Assembly (NCBI GenBank): GCA_030390025.1
Contig: CM059426.1
Span: 206,274,001 to 206,338,000 of the forward strand
DNA from: Squalus acanthias
Taxonomy: Eukaryota
Direction: 5' to 3'
Length of the DNA stretch: 64,000 bases
Position numbers and translations under genes: made by a program. Shown piece by piece: positions 11,730 through 24,087 of this stretch. Positions within the stretch are counted from its first letter, which is position 1. Each line of letters starts with the position of its first letter. The notes beneath the pieces were generated by a model. It made no database searches, was not told where the DNA came from, and worked only from the letters and a program-made list of their open reading frames with translations.

Positions 11730-12025
11730 GATTTGACCCCTGGTCTATGTTGAGTTAGCTGGTCTCAGTAAGAGAGGGGAAAGAGTAGCCAGGGCTTTTC
11801 CCCTCCTGAATGCGAGGCAGTGAATCCTGCTGGCAAAGATGTACATGCATTGATGTTGGAAGTGTGGCACAATTGGGTTCAGTTGCTAAATACCTCTACC
11901 TTACTGATCTTGCTCACCTTACTGATAATTACCGTAGGTACAGAAAGGCAACTTGAATAGAGCACCTGAGGGCTATTTGCACCCATGCAATCAAGCCTCA
12001 ACAAGAATAGCATCTTCAGGATTGG
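11730..12025 (+). mobile_element. LF-SINE-like degraded copy
   Basis: GTTGAGTTAGCTGGTCTCAG...AGCCAGGG...CTCCTGA...CAGTGAATCCTGCTGG resembles the LF-SINE body as recalled; similar to 16560-16860. Confidence 0.5.
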
Positions 12026-12162
12026 AGCGTTTTATTCCATGTAGTTCTTTATGGTGCTTGGTCTTCTTTTAATGCCAGTGCAGTGTCATGGATCATGGGT
12101 AACAGCATGAGCGACTACCTCCCGCTTGCAAACACTTCAAAACAAAAATGTTATTGCACCTA

Positions 12163-12442
12163 AAGCAAAAACACTGCGGTTGCTGGAAGTCAGAAATAAA
12201 AACAAAAACTGCTGGAAACACTCAGCAGGCCAGGCAGCCTCTGTGGAAAGAGAGAAACAGAGTTAACGGGCTGGATTTTGATACCGGGGCGGGTTGGGGT
12301 CGTGTCATCCGCATTTCGTGTTATCCACCCGACTGCAATTGGATGTGGGAGATTGATGGAATTTTCACTTAATTGGGCAATTGAGTTCCAGCATGTGGGA
12401 ACCCATGAACCAGAGAGGACCTGGATGCAAAATGAGCAGCAT

Positions 12443-12479
<37 letters not shown>

Positions 12480-12983
12480 GTTTTTGCAACCAAGTCCTCC
12501 CAGGCAGTCTCTGAAGACATTCAATGCAGCAGCATCAGAGGCGACTTTCAGACCTAATACTACTACTATATTCATCACAATACTACTACTACCTTCATCA
12601 CATCTCCGTTGTAATAGTGGACCTGCAGCTGATAGTCAGCTATCCACTTGTGCTCCCGCCAGGTTTCACTGGCATGTTTCACACCAGGCGTACTTCACGT
12701 CGGAAAAGGGTTAAACTAGCTAAAACGTTTCAAAATGGCATTACAGAGCCAATTTAGGGCTTGTTAAGGGCTTTAATGGCCTCTCCCGCCTCTTGGAGGC
12801 GGGACGGAGTCGGGAACCCCGCGACCGATTTTGTCAAAATTGCGTGGAGGCGGAATGGAGTCGGGATGGGATCGGGACCCCCGAATCTGCAACTTTAACC
12901 CCCCACACGCCTCCAAACCCGACTCCACGGGTCATTGAAAATCCAGCCCAACGCTTCAGGTCGATGACCCTTTCGTCAGAACT
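12163..12983 (-). mobile_element. PLE family B pLTR fragment split by a MITE
   Basis: 12163-12267 and 12950-12983 match the pLTR at 53682-53816, including the hammerhead motif. Confidence 0.8.
12268..12949. mobile_element. Harbinger-like MITE containing (GA)n
   Basis: TIR GGGCTGGATTTT / AAAATCCAGCCC; TSD AAC (12265-12267, 12950-12952). Confidence 0.82.
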
Positions 12984-13208
12984 ATTATTTTACCAGCTGA
13001 TTTGAGCAAGTGATCTGTAACAACATCTATAAACATACAAAATTGACGGGCAGGAAAACTCCAGCTGGTCCATCAAGCCTGCCCCACACCTCATGATGGC
13101 TGGAACATAATGACTGAACACTTCCCATTGGTCCGCGCCCGACTACAGGCACAAAATGGACGAAGGGCAAATACAATGCCCGTCCGAAGTAGTTGGCCTG
13201 AAATTGGT

Positions 13209-13995
13209 CATAGAATAGAAAGTTACAGCACTGAAGGAGGCCATTTCGGCCCATCGTGTCTGCGCCGGCCAACAAAGAGCTATCCAGCTGAATCCTACTT
13301 CCCAGCTCTTGGTCCGTAGCCCTGCAGGTTACAGCATCCCAAGTGCACATCCAAGTACTTTTTAAATGTGGTTAGGGTTCCTGCCTCTACCATCCTTTCA
13401 GGTAGTGAGTTCCAGACCCCCCACAACCCTCTGGGTGAAGAAGTTTCCCCTCAAATCCCCTCTAAACCTTCTCCCAATTACTTTAAATCTGAGCCCCCTG
13501 GTTTTTGACCCCTCTGCTAAGGGAAATAGGTCCTTTCTATCCACTTTATTTATGCCCCTCAGAATTTTATACACCTCAATAAGGTCTCCCCTCAGCCTCC
13601 TCTGTTCCAAGGAAAACAGACCCAGCCTATCCAGTCTTTCCTCATAGCTGAGATTCTCTACTCCCGGCAACATCCTTGTAAATCTCCTCTGTACCCTCTC
13701 TAGTGCAATCACATCTTTACTGTAATGTGGTGACCAGAACTGCACGCAGCACTCTAGCTGAGGCCTTAACTAGTGTTTTGTACAGTTGAAGCATAACCCC
13801 CCTGCTCTTGTATTCTATTGAGAGGTCGCACAACACCAGGTTATAGTCCAACAGTTTTATTTGAAATCACAAGCTTTCGGAGCTATCGATTGCTCCTTCC
13901 TCGACTTGTATTCTATGCCATGGCTAATAAAGGCAAGCATTCCGTATGCCTTCTTAACCACCTTATCTACCTGGCCTGCTACCTTCAGGGATCCT
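13209..13995 (-). mobile_element. CR1 LINE 3' fragment
   Basis: ORF 13398-13745 QFWSPHYSKDVIALERVQRRFTRMLPG...; KKAYGMLAFI upstream. Confidence 0.92.
13819..13904 (-). mobile_element. 86-bp PLE family A micro-insertion with a damaged hammerhead
   Basis: Matches the arm at 7123-7200. 12-bp TSD CTTGTATTCTAT (13807-13818, 13905-13916). CUGA box lost. Confidence 0.82.
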
Positions 13996-14158
13996 GGGTC
14001 CTCAGTACCGGGAAACCAATGGGCCCTGGGCACCAATTGGGCGTCCCGCTGCAGCTTGCCAGTTGTGCCCAGTGCTAACTTGGCCAGCTCAGGTAGGTCT
14101 TGGGGGTGGGTGGGTGAGTGGTAGTGGAGGTGGGGGCTGTCAGCCTTTCTCTTACTAC

Positions 14159-14879
14159 TGTTCGGACTTCGAGAATTACGAATAAGCGTAACAATGACAG
14201 ACAAGTATGTGATCAATAAAATTGGTCTTTATTCACACTATAGCTCAAAATTCAAGTGTACAATCGCAATCAATATGCGCCCAATTTACCCGTACATATA
14301 AGTACCCACAGCAACTTTCACGCTACCTCCTGGTGATTTATATTCCAAGTCAACCGTACATAAAAGTACCCCTTTTAACAATATCTAAGCTCTACGTCCG
14401 ACTTTCATACATACTCCTTTATCTCTGGGTGATCAATCCAGAAAAGTTGTAAGCCGAAACGTAGACTGGCCTGCTTTCTCTGTTCATCTGTGCTTCCATT
14501 CTGTCTCCTTTGTTCTGAATTTCCCGCCTCTGGGTCACTCTTTATAGCGCCTTTCTGCCGGCCTCCCTCGTATATCACTGTCTGCCTACCTCTGATAGGT
14601 CAGTTTCACTCCAAACCTTCCCTGATTGGAGTTCCTTCCGCATGACACGTTCATGTTCCTGTGAGGTGTGTGGGGCCGGGACTTCCTTGTCACTCGTGTC
14701 CCTCCTTCCTGTCCATGTGGCCTTTCAAACAAAGGACCATATGCTGACCACCAGCCAAGGGACCCCCTGCTGACTTCCACCATTTTGTGTCTTCACAAAC
14801 AAAGAACACATGCTGATTTCCTACATTTTGAATCCGTCTGTAACCATTTCACAATTCATCCTGAACTTCGATCTCCACA
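14159..14879 (-). mobile_element. Probable solo LTR
   Basis: TG...CA ends. On the minus strand a TATA-like CTATAAAG (~14540) precedes AATAAA (~14229), in U3-R-U5 order. No clear TSD. Confidence 0.55.
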
Positions 14880-15200
14880 CGGTAGTACCGGCCAGGAGCA
14901 GCCCGCAGTAGTGCTGCGGACCCAGGAGAATCGCTCCTGGTCCTCCTGTTTCCATATTGAGGTAAGCAGAAAAAAAAAGTTTAGTTGCCTTGTCTTCGAT
15001 GACCAGCAGTCCCTTCAAGGAACCCAGGGAAAAATAGTCAGGAGTTTGCACAGCGCGGGCTCTGCCAATTTTTTGAGCAATTTCAGTGTGGAGTTCTTAA
15101 ACAGGCGTAAGGTTCCTTGCGCATGCTAATGAGGGTCCTAACGGCTGCCAGGGATGCCTGAATATCGCCCGAGGCAATAGTTGGACGTGTTTCAGGCTCC
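14880..15200. mobile_element. GC-rich MITE-like remnant, probably continuous with 13995-14158 and related to 4292 and 59182
   Basis: AAACAGGCGTAAGG..CCTTGC..ATGCTAATGAGGG motif similar to 4457-4490 and 59275-59315. Confidence 0.4.
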
Positions 15201-15924
15201 CTATTATATGTTCGTAAAAAGTGACAGCAGCGTCACGTAAACCTTGGGTTCAGTGCCACCAATAGCTGAAATCCTTGTGCAACATAAGAAGGTGCAGGCT
15301 GTCATAAAGACTGTGCATTTGCATTAATGGCCTTTGATGTGCGTCTTATTTGATAAAAAGGACTGGGGGAATAGAAAGCAAATGAGAATGTTTATTCCAT
15401 TCAGACGTGTTAATTATTCACTGTGATCTGACTCCTTAGCTTAACTATTTGTCAAAAAACAGAAACGAAAGCACCATGCCAAACCCTTTGAAGTCAAATT
15501 ACCTGAAGAAACTAGAGCCTGGATCTGAATTTTGCAGCTGTAATTATGATCATACATATATGCTTAATAAAAGACGTTTCACAAAAGCTAATTGGAAGTA
15601 GTGTAGTGTCTCAACATTGGAAGTAATTATCTGCCATCTTGTATTAAGTAGACATGCAAGGCTCCTCTCCATGCAATTGTGATGTTTTTCATTCTACAAA
15701 CACCTGGGTTCTGAACAACAAAAAAGACCTTGGTTCCTCGTTTCAGATGTAAATATAAATAGTTAAGACCCAAAAGCAATGTCGTTGATATTGTACTTGT
15801 ATCATGACACAAAATAGAATATATTTGTGAGTACTGGTTGATGCAGTGAGATAAATCATCATAATTTCTTCTGTCTGTCACCAATGGGCTAAGAAACTTA
15901 TTCCGGCACTCCCGTTGGCTCAGT

Positions 15925-16465
15925 CTCTTCATCCCTCTTAGGCAGTCCCTCGGAACCGAGGATGACTTGCTTCCACATTAAAAATGAGTTCTCAGGTGAA
16001 TAATGAGTCCAATGCGGGACCTACAGTCTCTGTCACAGGTGGGGCAGACGGTCGTTGAAGGGGCGGGTGGGTGGGGTGCTTGGGTTGACGTGCGCTGCTT
16101 GCGCTTAGCTTCCGCTTGCTCCTGGCGAAGAGACTCAAGGTGTTGGGCGCCTTCTCCTTCACTTTGTGCGGTCTTGGGCCAGGGATTCCCAGGTGTCGGT
16201 GGGGATGTTGCACTTTTTCAAGGAGGCTTTGAGGGTGTCCTTGAAGCGTTTCCTCTGCCCACCTGGGGCTCTCTTGCCATGTCGGAGCTCCGAGTAGAGC
16301 GCTTGTTTTGGGAGTCTCGTATCGGGAATGCGGACGACGTGACCTGTCCATCGGAGCTGATCGAGCGTGGTCAAAGCTTCGATGCTGGGGATGTTGGCCT
16401 GAGCGAGAACACTGACGTTGGTGCGCCTATCCTGCCAATGGATTTGCAGGATCTTGCGGAGGCAG
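15925..16465 (-). mobile_element. RTE-clade LINE 3' fragment
   Basis: ORF 16159-16374 QLRWTGHVVRIPDTRLPKQALYSEL..GKR..GGQRKRFKDTLK is the typical RTE C-terminus; 3' hairpin CCTCGGAACCGAGG. Confidence 0.9.
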
Positions 16466-16559
16466 CTAATTTACAGAACAAACGGGAAACTGTTCAACCT
16501 CCGTTGCCTCCAGTCCAGATCCAAGGTCGTCCCATCCTCTTCATCCCATGAGTAGCTAA

Positions 16560-16860
16560 GACCACAGAGATCGGCAAAGTCTCAGATTTATTCTGTGCTC
16601 AGTGCAAAGTGGCTGATCTCACCCAGGGTGGCAGTAGCAGTGCTACCATTGACCTCGGCACCTCTGGGTCAGATGGGTGCAAGTCATCCAGGGTTCCACT
16701 GCTGAAGGTTATCCAGTGAACAATGCACTTGTGTGACCATCAGGTGAAGACCAGGTGCGGCTTGGTTGTGATGGTCCATGTGGTCGAGTAACCTGCCCAA
16801 CACTCGTTGTCAAGGATCACACCTGGATAATGGCCACTCTGAAGCCTTACTTGAGCCCAT
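16560..16860 (+). mobile_element. LF-SINE-like degraded copy
   Basis: GCTGATCTCACCCAGGGTGGCAGT..GTGCTACCATTGACCTCGGCACCTCTGGG..CCAGGGTTCC..TATCCAGTGA follows the LF-SINE motif order as recalled. Confidence 0.55.
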
Positions 16861-16879
16861 AACCAAGGCTGACACCCCG

Positions 16880-17240
16880 AGTACCGGGAGAGTGCTGTAT
16901 TGTCAGGAGGTGTCGTCTTTCGGATGAGACGTTAAACCGAGGCCCCGTCCGCTCGTTCGGATAAATGTAAGAGATAGCATGGCACTATTTCGAAGAAGAG
17001 CAGGGGAGTTCTGCCCAGTGTTCTCGTCCATATTTATCTCTCAACCAACATTCAATTAAAAAAAAAAGATTATCTGGCCATTTATCTCATTGCCGTTTGT
17101 GGGAGCTTGCTGTGCACAATTTGGCTGCCGCATTTCGTACATTACAACAGTGACTACACTTCAAAAGTACTTCATTGTTTTTCAAGTACTTTGGGATGTC
17201 CTGAGGTCGTGAAAGGCAAGATATAAATGCAAGTTCTTTT
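16880..17240 (+). mobile_element. Deu-type SINE (headless)
   Basis: Deu-domain-like GTCTTTCGGATGAGACGTTAAACCGAGG; tail ATATAAATGCAAGTT. Confidence 0.85.
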
Positions 17241-17499
17241 GTTCTTTTGCCAATGGATCCATATCCCAGCAATGAGTCGATGCCTTTAGGTGAAAAGGGA
17301 GGAGAGAAAGTTAGCAAAGAGAAAAAATAGATTTGGGCTCTCTGGCACTTGCAATGGCGCTCCGTAAATTACATTTGGGTTCCCAAGTGCCATTTCTAAC
17401 AGGCTTGAGTCCACACCACAAAACTGTCCACAATTCAGCACAGACTGGACTAAAGTTTGAATCAGTTCAGAGAAGCCATGAGATTGCACTCGGGGTCCT

Positions 17500-17660
17500 T
17501 CTCAAATTGAGCAAGCGGGGTAAGGTTGGTTGTTGGGGCAAGAGTAGAGGGAGTTTTACCGTGGATCTCACTTGTGTTATGCCTAACCTGGCAGTGCATC
17601 ATGCTGACACTGATTGCCGGCCCCCAGCATTGACGTTCCTCACTTTGAGCATAAAAGCTT
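17500..17660 (+). mobile_element. Ancient SINE-like remnant (UCON3-like, tentative)
   Basis: AGAGGGAGTTTTAC..GATCT..TATGCCTAACCTGGCAGTGC..ATGCTGACACTG..CCCAGCATTGAC..CCTCAC resembles a recalled ancient vertebrate repeat; not verified. Confidence 0.35.
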
Positions 17661-18154
17661 TGCCAAATAAGGACAAGCATTTGATATTCTGTTTGTTTTT
17701 CATCGAATTCCTTTAGTCCATGATTTTCCCGGTAATTGCGTTTGATTTCATATCCAGCAAATGAAGTAAATTAGATCTGGTTGGGATGTTATTTATTTGA
17801 AGTGCAGTGTAAGATGAAGAGAGTATACATTTCCAAGCTGATCAGATACCCAAGTTTGAATTAAAATTGTATATTGAAACACACTGGATGATACAATCTC
17901 CAATAAACTCCTTATTTGAATGAATCCCTGTGTGTTGTTTCATGGGGCAATCAGTGTAAATAAAGATACAGTGAGATAGCATAGTTGTTATTCAAAGCGT
18001 GCACACAGGTTATCGAGTATGTCACATTTTGCCTCTTACCAGTTGTTTTCCAATCACAAGTAGTTAATGAGCAGCCTAATCCTAGGGGATATAGGACAAA
18101 TCTCCTTAAAATTTGGTACTTAATATTTGAAAATAGACAAAAAAAATTCTATTA

Positions 18155-18620
18155 TGTCAGCCGTGGCTCAGTGGGCAGCACTCTCGCCTCTGAGTCAGAA
18201 GGTTGTGGGTTCAAGTCTCACTCCAGAGACTTGAGCACAAAAATCCAGGCTGACACTCCAGTGCAGTACTGAGGGAGTGCTGCACTGTCGGAGGTGCCGT
18301 CTTTCGGATGAGATGTTAAACCGAGGCCCCGTCTGCCCTCTCGGGCAGATATAAAAGATCCCATGGCACTATTTCGAAGAAGAGCAGGGGAGTTAACCCC
18401 AGGGTCCTGGCCAATATTTACCCCTCAACCAACATAACAAAAACAGATGATCTGGTCATTATCACATTGCTGTTTGTGGGAGCTTGCTGTGAGCGAATTG
18501 GCTGCCGCGTTTCCTACATTACAACAGTGACTCCACTTCAAAAGCACGTAATTGGCTGTAAAGGGCTGTGGGACGTCCGATGGTCATGAAAGGCGCTATA
18601 TAAATGCAAGTCTTTCTTTC
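18155..18620 (+). mobile_element. Full-length tRNA-derived Deu-domain SINE (SacSINE1-like)
   Basis: A box TGGCTCAGTGGG, B box GGTTCAAGTCT, Deu domain GTGCCGTCTTTCGGATGAGATGTTAAACCGAGG, L2-like tail GGCGCTATATAAATGCAAG(TCTT)n. Confidence 0.9.
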
Positions 18621-18786
18621 TTATTAAAAACCTTGTGCGATTGTATGATTGTAATATTCTATGATTATATTATTGCACTGTCCCGTCCATGCTCACCATG
18701 TGACACCAGGGATCAATGAGATTATTGGGGGAAAAAGGTCGTACTAATCCTCCGCCAAGGGCTGTTTTTAAAGCAAATAGCCTTTC

Positions 18787-18828
18787 CTCTATCTCTCTCT
18801 CACTCTCTCTCTCTCTCTCTCTCTCACT
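18787..18828 (+). repeat. (CT)n microsatellite
   Basis: Seen directly. Confidence 0.85.
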
Positions 18829-19049
18829 CGCTTGAACTTCAGTTCTGGTGTGGGTAATATAAAAGACAGTGTCTATATCTTTTGGAAATACAGTATAGGA
18901 TAAGATTTCCCAATACTGTAACGTCTCAATTTGTTAGTGAAGATTTCCTCCTGTCTGGCATTTCAAGCAAAATTGTGATTGACTTCTTTTCGAAAATGTT
19001 TACAACTTCACGAGAAATGCCAAAGACAGGAAATCAATGAAAAGAAAAG

Positions 19050-19516
19050 ATAGACAGACTTGCATTTATTTAGCACCTTTCACGACCACCGGACATCCCA
19101 AAGCGCTTTACAGCCAATGAAGTACTGTAGGTTGTAATGTAGAAAATGCAGCAAACCCATTTGAGCACAACAAGCTCCCAGAAACACAATAATGACCAGA
19201 CAATCTGTTTTTGTTATGTTGGTTGAGGGATAACTATTGGCCCCAGGACACCGGGGATAACTCCCCTGCTCTTCTTCGAAATATTGCTGTGGGATCTTTT
19301 ACGTCCACCTGAGAGGGCAGACGGGGCCTTGGTTTAACATCTCATCCGAAAGACGGCACCTCCGACAGTGCGGCACTCCCTCAGCACTGCACTGAGAGTG
19401 TCAGCTTAGATTTTTGTGGTCAAGTCTCTGGAGTGGGACTTGAACCCACAACCGTCTGACTCACATAAGGTTATGACTCACAGCGAGGGTTCTACCAACT
19501 AAACCGCGGCTGACAT
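19050..19516 (-). mobile_element. Full-length Deu-type SINE, inverted relative to 18155-18620
   Basis: Reverse complement of the same head, body and tail. Confidence 0.9.
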
Positions 19517-20056
19517 TTCTGTTTCACTGCATATAGTAACCAGAGGAATTCTTACCACTGTCTGTGCCTCTTTTTTTTTTACCTCGGTTGTGTCTGCCCT
19601 CTGGAGGTTCTGTTTCTACGGCAGGGACGATTGAACTGCTGACAGTGTTTCTTGACATATCAACGTTATGAGATGGAAAGCTTAGAATATAAAGTGTAAT
19701 TAGGCAGAGGATATTTCACCAGTTAGCACTAATGCACTAGGGTTTGTTTGGCGTCTGTGGAAGGGCTAGATATGCGAGTTAATTACAAAGCCTTTCTCAC
19801 GAGTGAAGCAAATTGGATGGTGCACTGGACAGCATACAGCCTCTGCAACAGCTCCATCAGAATGTGAATAAAGAAAGGAGGCAGATAGCTGACCCTTTAT
19901 CAGATCTGGAAAGGGTAGACAGGCAAGCCTCTTTATCGACTGGCTGAAACAAACAGGGTTTGAAAAAATAACGAGATGAAGGTGCCCAGTTACAGATGCT
20001 AAATATTAGTACCAAGAAGTAGCTGATGGGTTTAGTAAAGTAACCTATGAACAGTC

Positions 20057-20417
20057 GGGTTGCCAACTCTGGTTGGGTGTATTCCCTGGAGGTTTCATCA
20101 CATGACCTCGGACCGCCCTGCCCCCACACACCCGCCATTGGTCCATCCTCGAGGCACACCGTCTTCCCACGGCCAATTGGAAGAGGAACAGACTCTTTGT
20201 TATCTAACTGGATTAATGTTGACTGTTTGTAAAACAGCCTTTCTCCCCATCTCCAATATGTTTATCATTAATAAATACAAGTGTACAAAGAAAATGAAAA
20301 AAATTATTTTACTTTAATGGCCCTATAATTTTTCTCCTGGGTTGCTTACAGCAGTGTCCTAGAGATTAATCTCCAATTCGTGGAGACTCCAAGACCATCC
20401 TGGAAGGTTGTTACCTG
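20057..20417. mobile_element. Non-autonomous DNA element with GGGTTGCCAAC terminus (hAT-like, tentative)
   Basis: Begins GGGTTGCCAACTCT. Homologous in reverse to the split element at 24088-24258 + 26018-26178, which ends GTTGGCATCCCT. Confidence 0.55.
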
Positions 20418-21174
20418 AATGAACAGGTATTTCAGAAACACCGGGAAGAGGGGAAACACACTGGTTGAAATGCCCAGCCTGTGGAAAAATAAGGCATGAG
20501 AAAGACAAGAAGGGAGTAAAACAAGTCTGAAATGAAAGGGAACAAACGGGAATGTGAATGAGGGGAAAAGGGAGAGAGACCTTAAGTTGCTCCAGTTGAT
20601 GTTAAAGCAGACTGCGCCAGAGTAAGGTGAGATACTGAAGTTTATATTGAGCTTAGTTGGAACAGTTTAAGAGGCCAATCACAGGCAAAAGTGGAGCTGG
20701 GCAGGGAGTTGATGTGGCAGTCGCAGGGAGGTTGCATTATACTGCTGGACAAAACCGAGATGCTCACCAAAGCAGACACCCGACTTGTGTTTGGTCTTTC
20801 GAACAGAGAGGAACCGGCCACTATGCAGTAAATGCAGCACACCAGTTTATCGTAAGTGAACGTGTAACTCCCCAAGACAGCAGCAAGAAACCAATAATGT
20901 GATGCTTCTGCAGACTTAAAAGCCAGTGAATTAACACTATTGCTGAAATCTCCTCTGTCTAATTACACTTCAGATTTTAACCTTTTTGACCCATAACATT
21001 GATACATCATTAAACTTCAAGAAACCCTTTCAGCAATTAAATTGTACCTGCCATAGAAACAGAACCTCCAGAAAGCAGACATGACCCAGATAAAAACAGT
21101 GGTAAGAATTCCTCTGGTTATTATGTGAAGTGAAATCAGAAGCGCGTCGCTGACTGACTGCTAATTGTAAATGA

Positions 21175-21310
21175 TCTCACAGGATTTTGAGCTGTGACAC
21201 AGACCTTCACAGGAGGTGAAACTGTGGCAGAGAACCTCACAGGATATCGAGTGTAAAACAGGGCCTCAAAGGATATCAAACTTTGGCAGAGAACCACAAA
21301 GGATATCTTG
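21175..21310 (+). repeat. Degenerate ~30-bp tandem repeat
   Basis: CTCACAGGA/CTCAAAGGA anchors recur about every 30 bp, with alternating TGGCAGAGAACC units. Confidence 0.6.
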
Positions 21311-21364
21311 CTATTTTGGACAGTTCTGTATATAACAGAAACCTGTACATAGCTGAATTTTTTT

Positions 21365-21543
21365 TAAATTCATTCACGCGATGGAGTGACTCGCTCGGCT
21401 ATTTCAGAAGGCAGTTAAGTGTCAACCACATTGCTGTGGGTCTGGAGTCACATATAGGCCAGACCGGGTAAGGACGGCAGGTTTCCCTCCCTAAAGGACA
21501 TTAGTGAACGAGATGGGTTTTTACCGACAATCTGGTAGATTCA
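21365..21543 (-). mobile_element. Fragment of the second SINE family (as 58175-58540)
   Basis: Reverse complement of GTTCACTAATGTCCTTTAGGGA..CTGCCGTCCTTACCCGGTCTGGCCTATATGTGACTCCAGACCCACAGCAATGTGG. Confidence 0.85.
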
Positions 21544-21544
21544 T

Positions 21545-23200
21545 GGGCCGCAATATCACCTACCGAGGCGGGTCCGGTGTGGCCGGGGTCGGTGGCGAAG
21601 TGCGACCCCGTTGCTAGCTCCAGCCCGCTCTGTAGAGTAATCTTACGATGATTGGGCTTGTTAAGCCTGCCCAGCGCGTTTCCCGGCCAATCGAAGGAAG
21701 CGGGTCTGATGACATCACTTGATGACACATCATCAGCCAGTTTCCTTAAAGGGACCATGCGCAAATTGATTTTGACAGTTGTGCTGTCAGTGTTCGACAG
21801 CATTGAGGTGCTGCAAACACTGACAAGCACTGCACAGAGGTGCATGGCTGCACCCAGGCTCTACCATGACTCCCTCCATATGCTGATGGAGGGAGTCACA
21901 GCACGCAGGGAGGTCCTCTCCCCTTCCCGTTGGTGGAAGAGACCTCCCCAGGAGATCAACGCAGCCTGGTTGCACATTGTACAGGAGGACACAAGCTGGG
22001 ATGTCGTCAGGAGGACCAGGCTGCAGTGATGCAAACCTTTCAATGATCTCAGTAGATCACGAAACGTTACTGCCAAGCCACACTCAACCTCATCCTGCTG
22101 TGCCACTCATCACATTCCCATCACTCTGCCTTCCCTACCCTACTCCTGCACAACGTTAATCACACCAACTTACCTTGCACCTCCACCCATCCCTCTCTAT
22201 CTACATTATCACTTCCCCATCTCACTAGTCACCCCTCACACTCACCCTCATCCTAGTCCAATCATACCAACTAACAACACACAAGGGTAGGCACTTGGGT
22301 GTTGTAGCCAATGCTCATGTAAAGTTTCTGTTAATATGCTGTCAAACATTGAAATCTTTATTTTCAACACTTTGCGTTCTTGGACAGATTCGTGTGCACC
22401 TTTGGAAGTGGCTTAGTGAGTTGCAGTGAATGGTGAGACATAATGGTACCAGCCGCAATGGCGATGATTGTGAAAGGAATGGCTTGGGCATTGTAGGAAT
22501 GCTTTATGGTGTTGGTGTGGGGTGGTGCCAACCTGGCGCATCATGTGGCAGCCAGGGTGTACAGCGTCAAGTGAAGTAAATCTGACTATGGTGAGGCCAT
22601 CGCTGGTGTCCCGGGCAGCAATGTGCTTGGGTGCTGATGCCCTGTGTCCTGTGCAGCACCAGCTGATTGCGGAGAAGGTTGGTGTTGTGGTTGGTGCTGC
22701 TGGTGATGCTGGTGTTGGGGCTGATCATGGTGTGATTCTGAGGACCAAGGTGAGATAGTTTCAAGGGTACCGATGCTGATGGAATAGATGGCGGGTGAAC
22801 TTGAGATGACAGAAGCGATCTGTTAATGGTGAGAGAGGTTGTTCCATTTGCAGCTGTCAAGTTAAGAAATCTTCACATGCTGACACACGTGACCTCCTTA
22901 CCTGATGTGATCCCCGAGCAGCGGGGAAGCCGTTGGCGAACTCTTAAAATCTAAAGGTGAGCTTAAAATAGTTTTTAAGTGCCTGTTAACAAGCTCTTAA
23001 TAATCTAAATTGCCTCCGCCGCTGCTTGGTGTCGAGTCTGTTCTGCGATGACAGACCCGACATCTGGGAGACTAGCGTGGAGGCGGGTTGACAACGGGTT
23101 CCCTACCCGCTGTCAAAAAATATTTTTTCCCATTTTACCCGCCACCAAACGCACCCCCTGATCCCCCCGCCCCCCCCCCCCCCCCCCCCGAAAAATTACT
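21545..23200 (+). mobile_element. Harbinger deletion derivative with a Myb/SANT-like ORF remnant
   Basis: ORF 21652-22029 APRL..DSL.ML.EGV.ARREVL.P...KRPPQE..AAW..I......V.RRT..Q, then CKPFNDL after a stop, matches the Harbinger Myb/SANT (NAIF1-like) domain pattern. Termini are shared with 24259-26017. Confidence 0.75.
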
Positions 23201-23825
23201 GATACTAGCTCTTTATGCCAGAAAAATTGAGAGTCATCAATGTCGATCTGAATGTAACAAGGTGATGCAGGCCCAGGACCGAGTGGTCAATTAGACACGC
23301 AGACTAAATCTTAAACCAAGTGAAGTTTATTCACTCATGTGGTGTCTTGACTTGTAGCAATGAAGAAAAAGATGGATATTACTTTCCAGCCTACCTCTAT
23401 CCCTCTCACTTCCTCTCTCTCCACAACTGAACTATTATCCTGCCTTTTATTCTTCTACACTGGGAGTTGTTTTGATTAAAGGCAAATTAAGATCAATGAT
23501 TTCTTAAAACTACAGCGCCTTTTATACAACTTCTTAAAGTTGTATCCCCATCTCGGATACAGAGCTCTCAACATCCTATGGCTGATATATCGTCCCCCTC
23601 TCACTCTGTTACACTGAAAGAATGAAAAGTATTAAGTCAGGAATGTCGTTGCTTCTGTGTGTTTTTCTTAACTTTGGCTTCTGATTTGTTAAAATATGGA
23701 GGCCATGAAACTCCTGGATTCCCATCTGGCCGTTCTCCAAGATACAGACCCTGACCCAAATTGCAAGGATGGGGTTATTTGCAGAGCTGAGGTGGGCACA
23801 TTGCACCAAGTGTGTTTCAGTGGCA

Positions 23826-24042
23826 TCTGGCCAATATTTATCCCTCAATCAACATCACAAAAACAGATGATCTGGTCATTATCACATTGCTGTTTGTGGG
23901 AGCTTGCTGTGCGTAAATTGGCTGCCGCATTTCCTACATTACAACAGCGACTACACTTTCAAAAAGTACTTAATTGGCTGTAAAGCACTTTGAGACGTCT
24001 GGTGGTCGCGAAAGGCGCGATAGAAATGCAAGTCTTTCTTTT
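23826..24042 (+). mobile_element. Deu-type SINE 3' half
   Basis: Matches 18408-18620. Confidence 0.85.
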
Positions 24043-24087
24043 ATCTGCCCCAAGCCATTGGTTGGGATGACAGTGGCGCCATGCTCG

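Noticed and set aside
18155-18225. tRNA gene
   Set aside because: tRNA-derived SINE head continuous with the Deu domain and tail.
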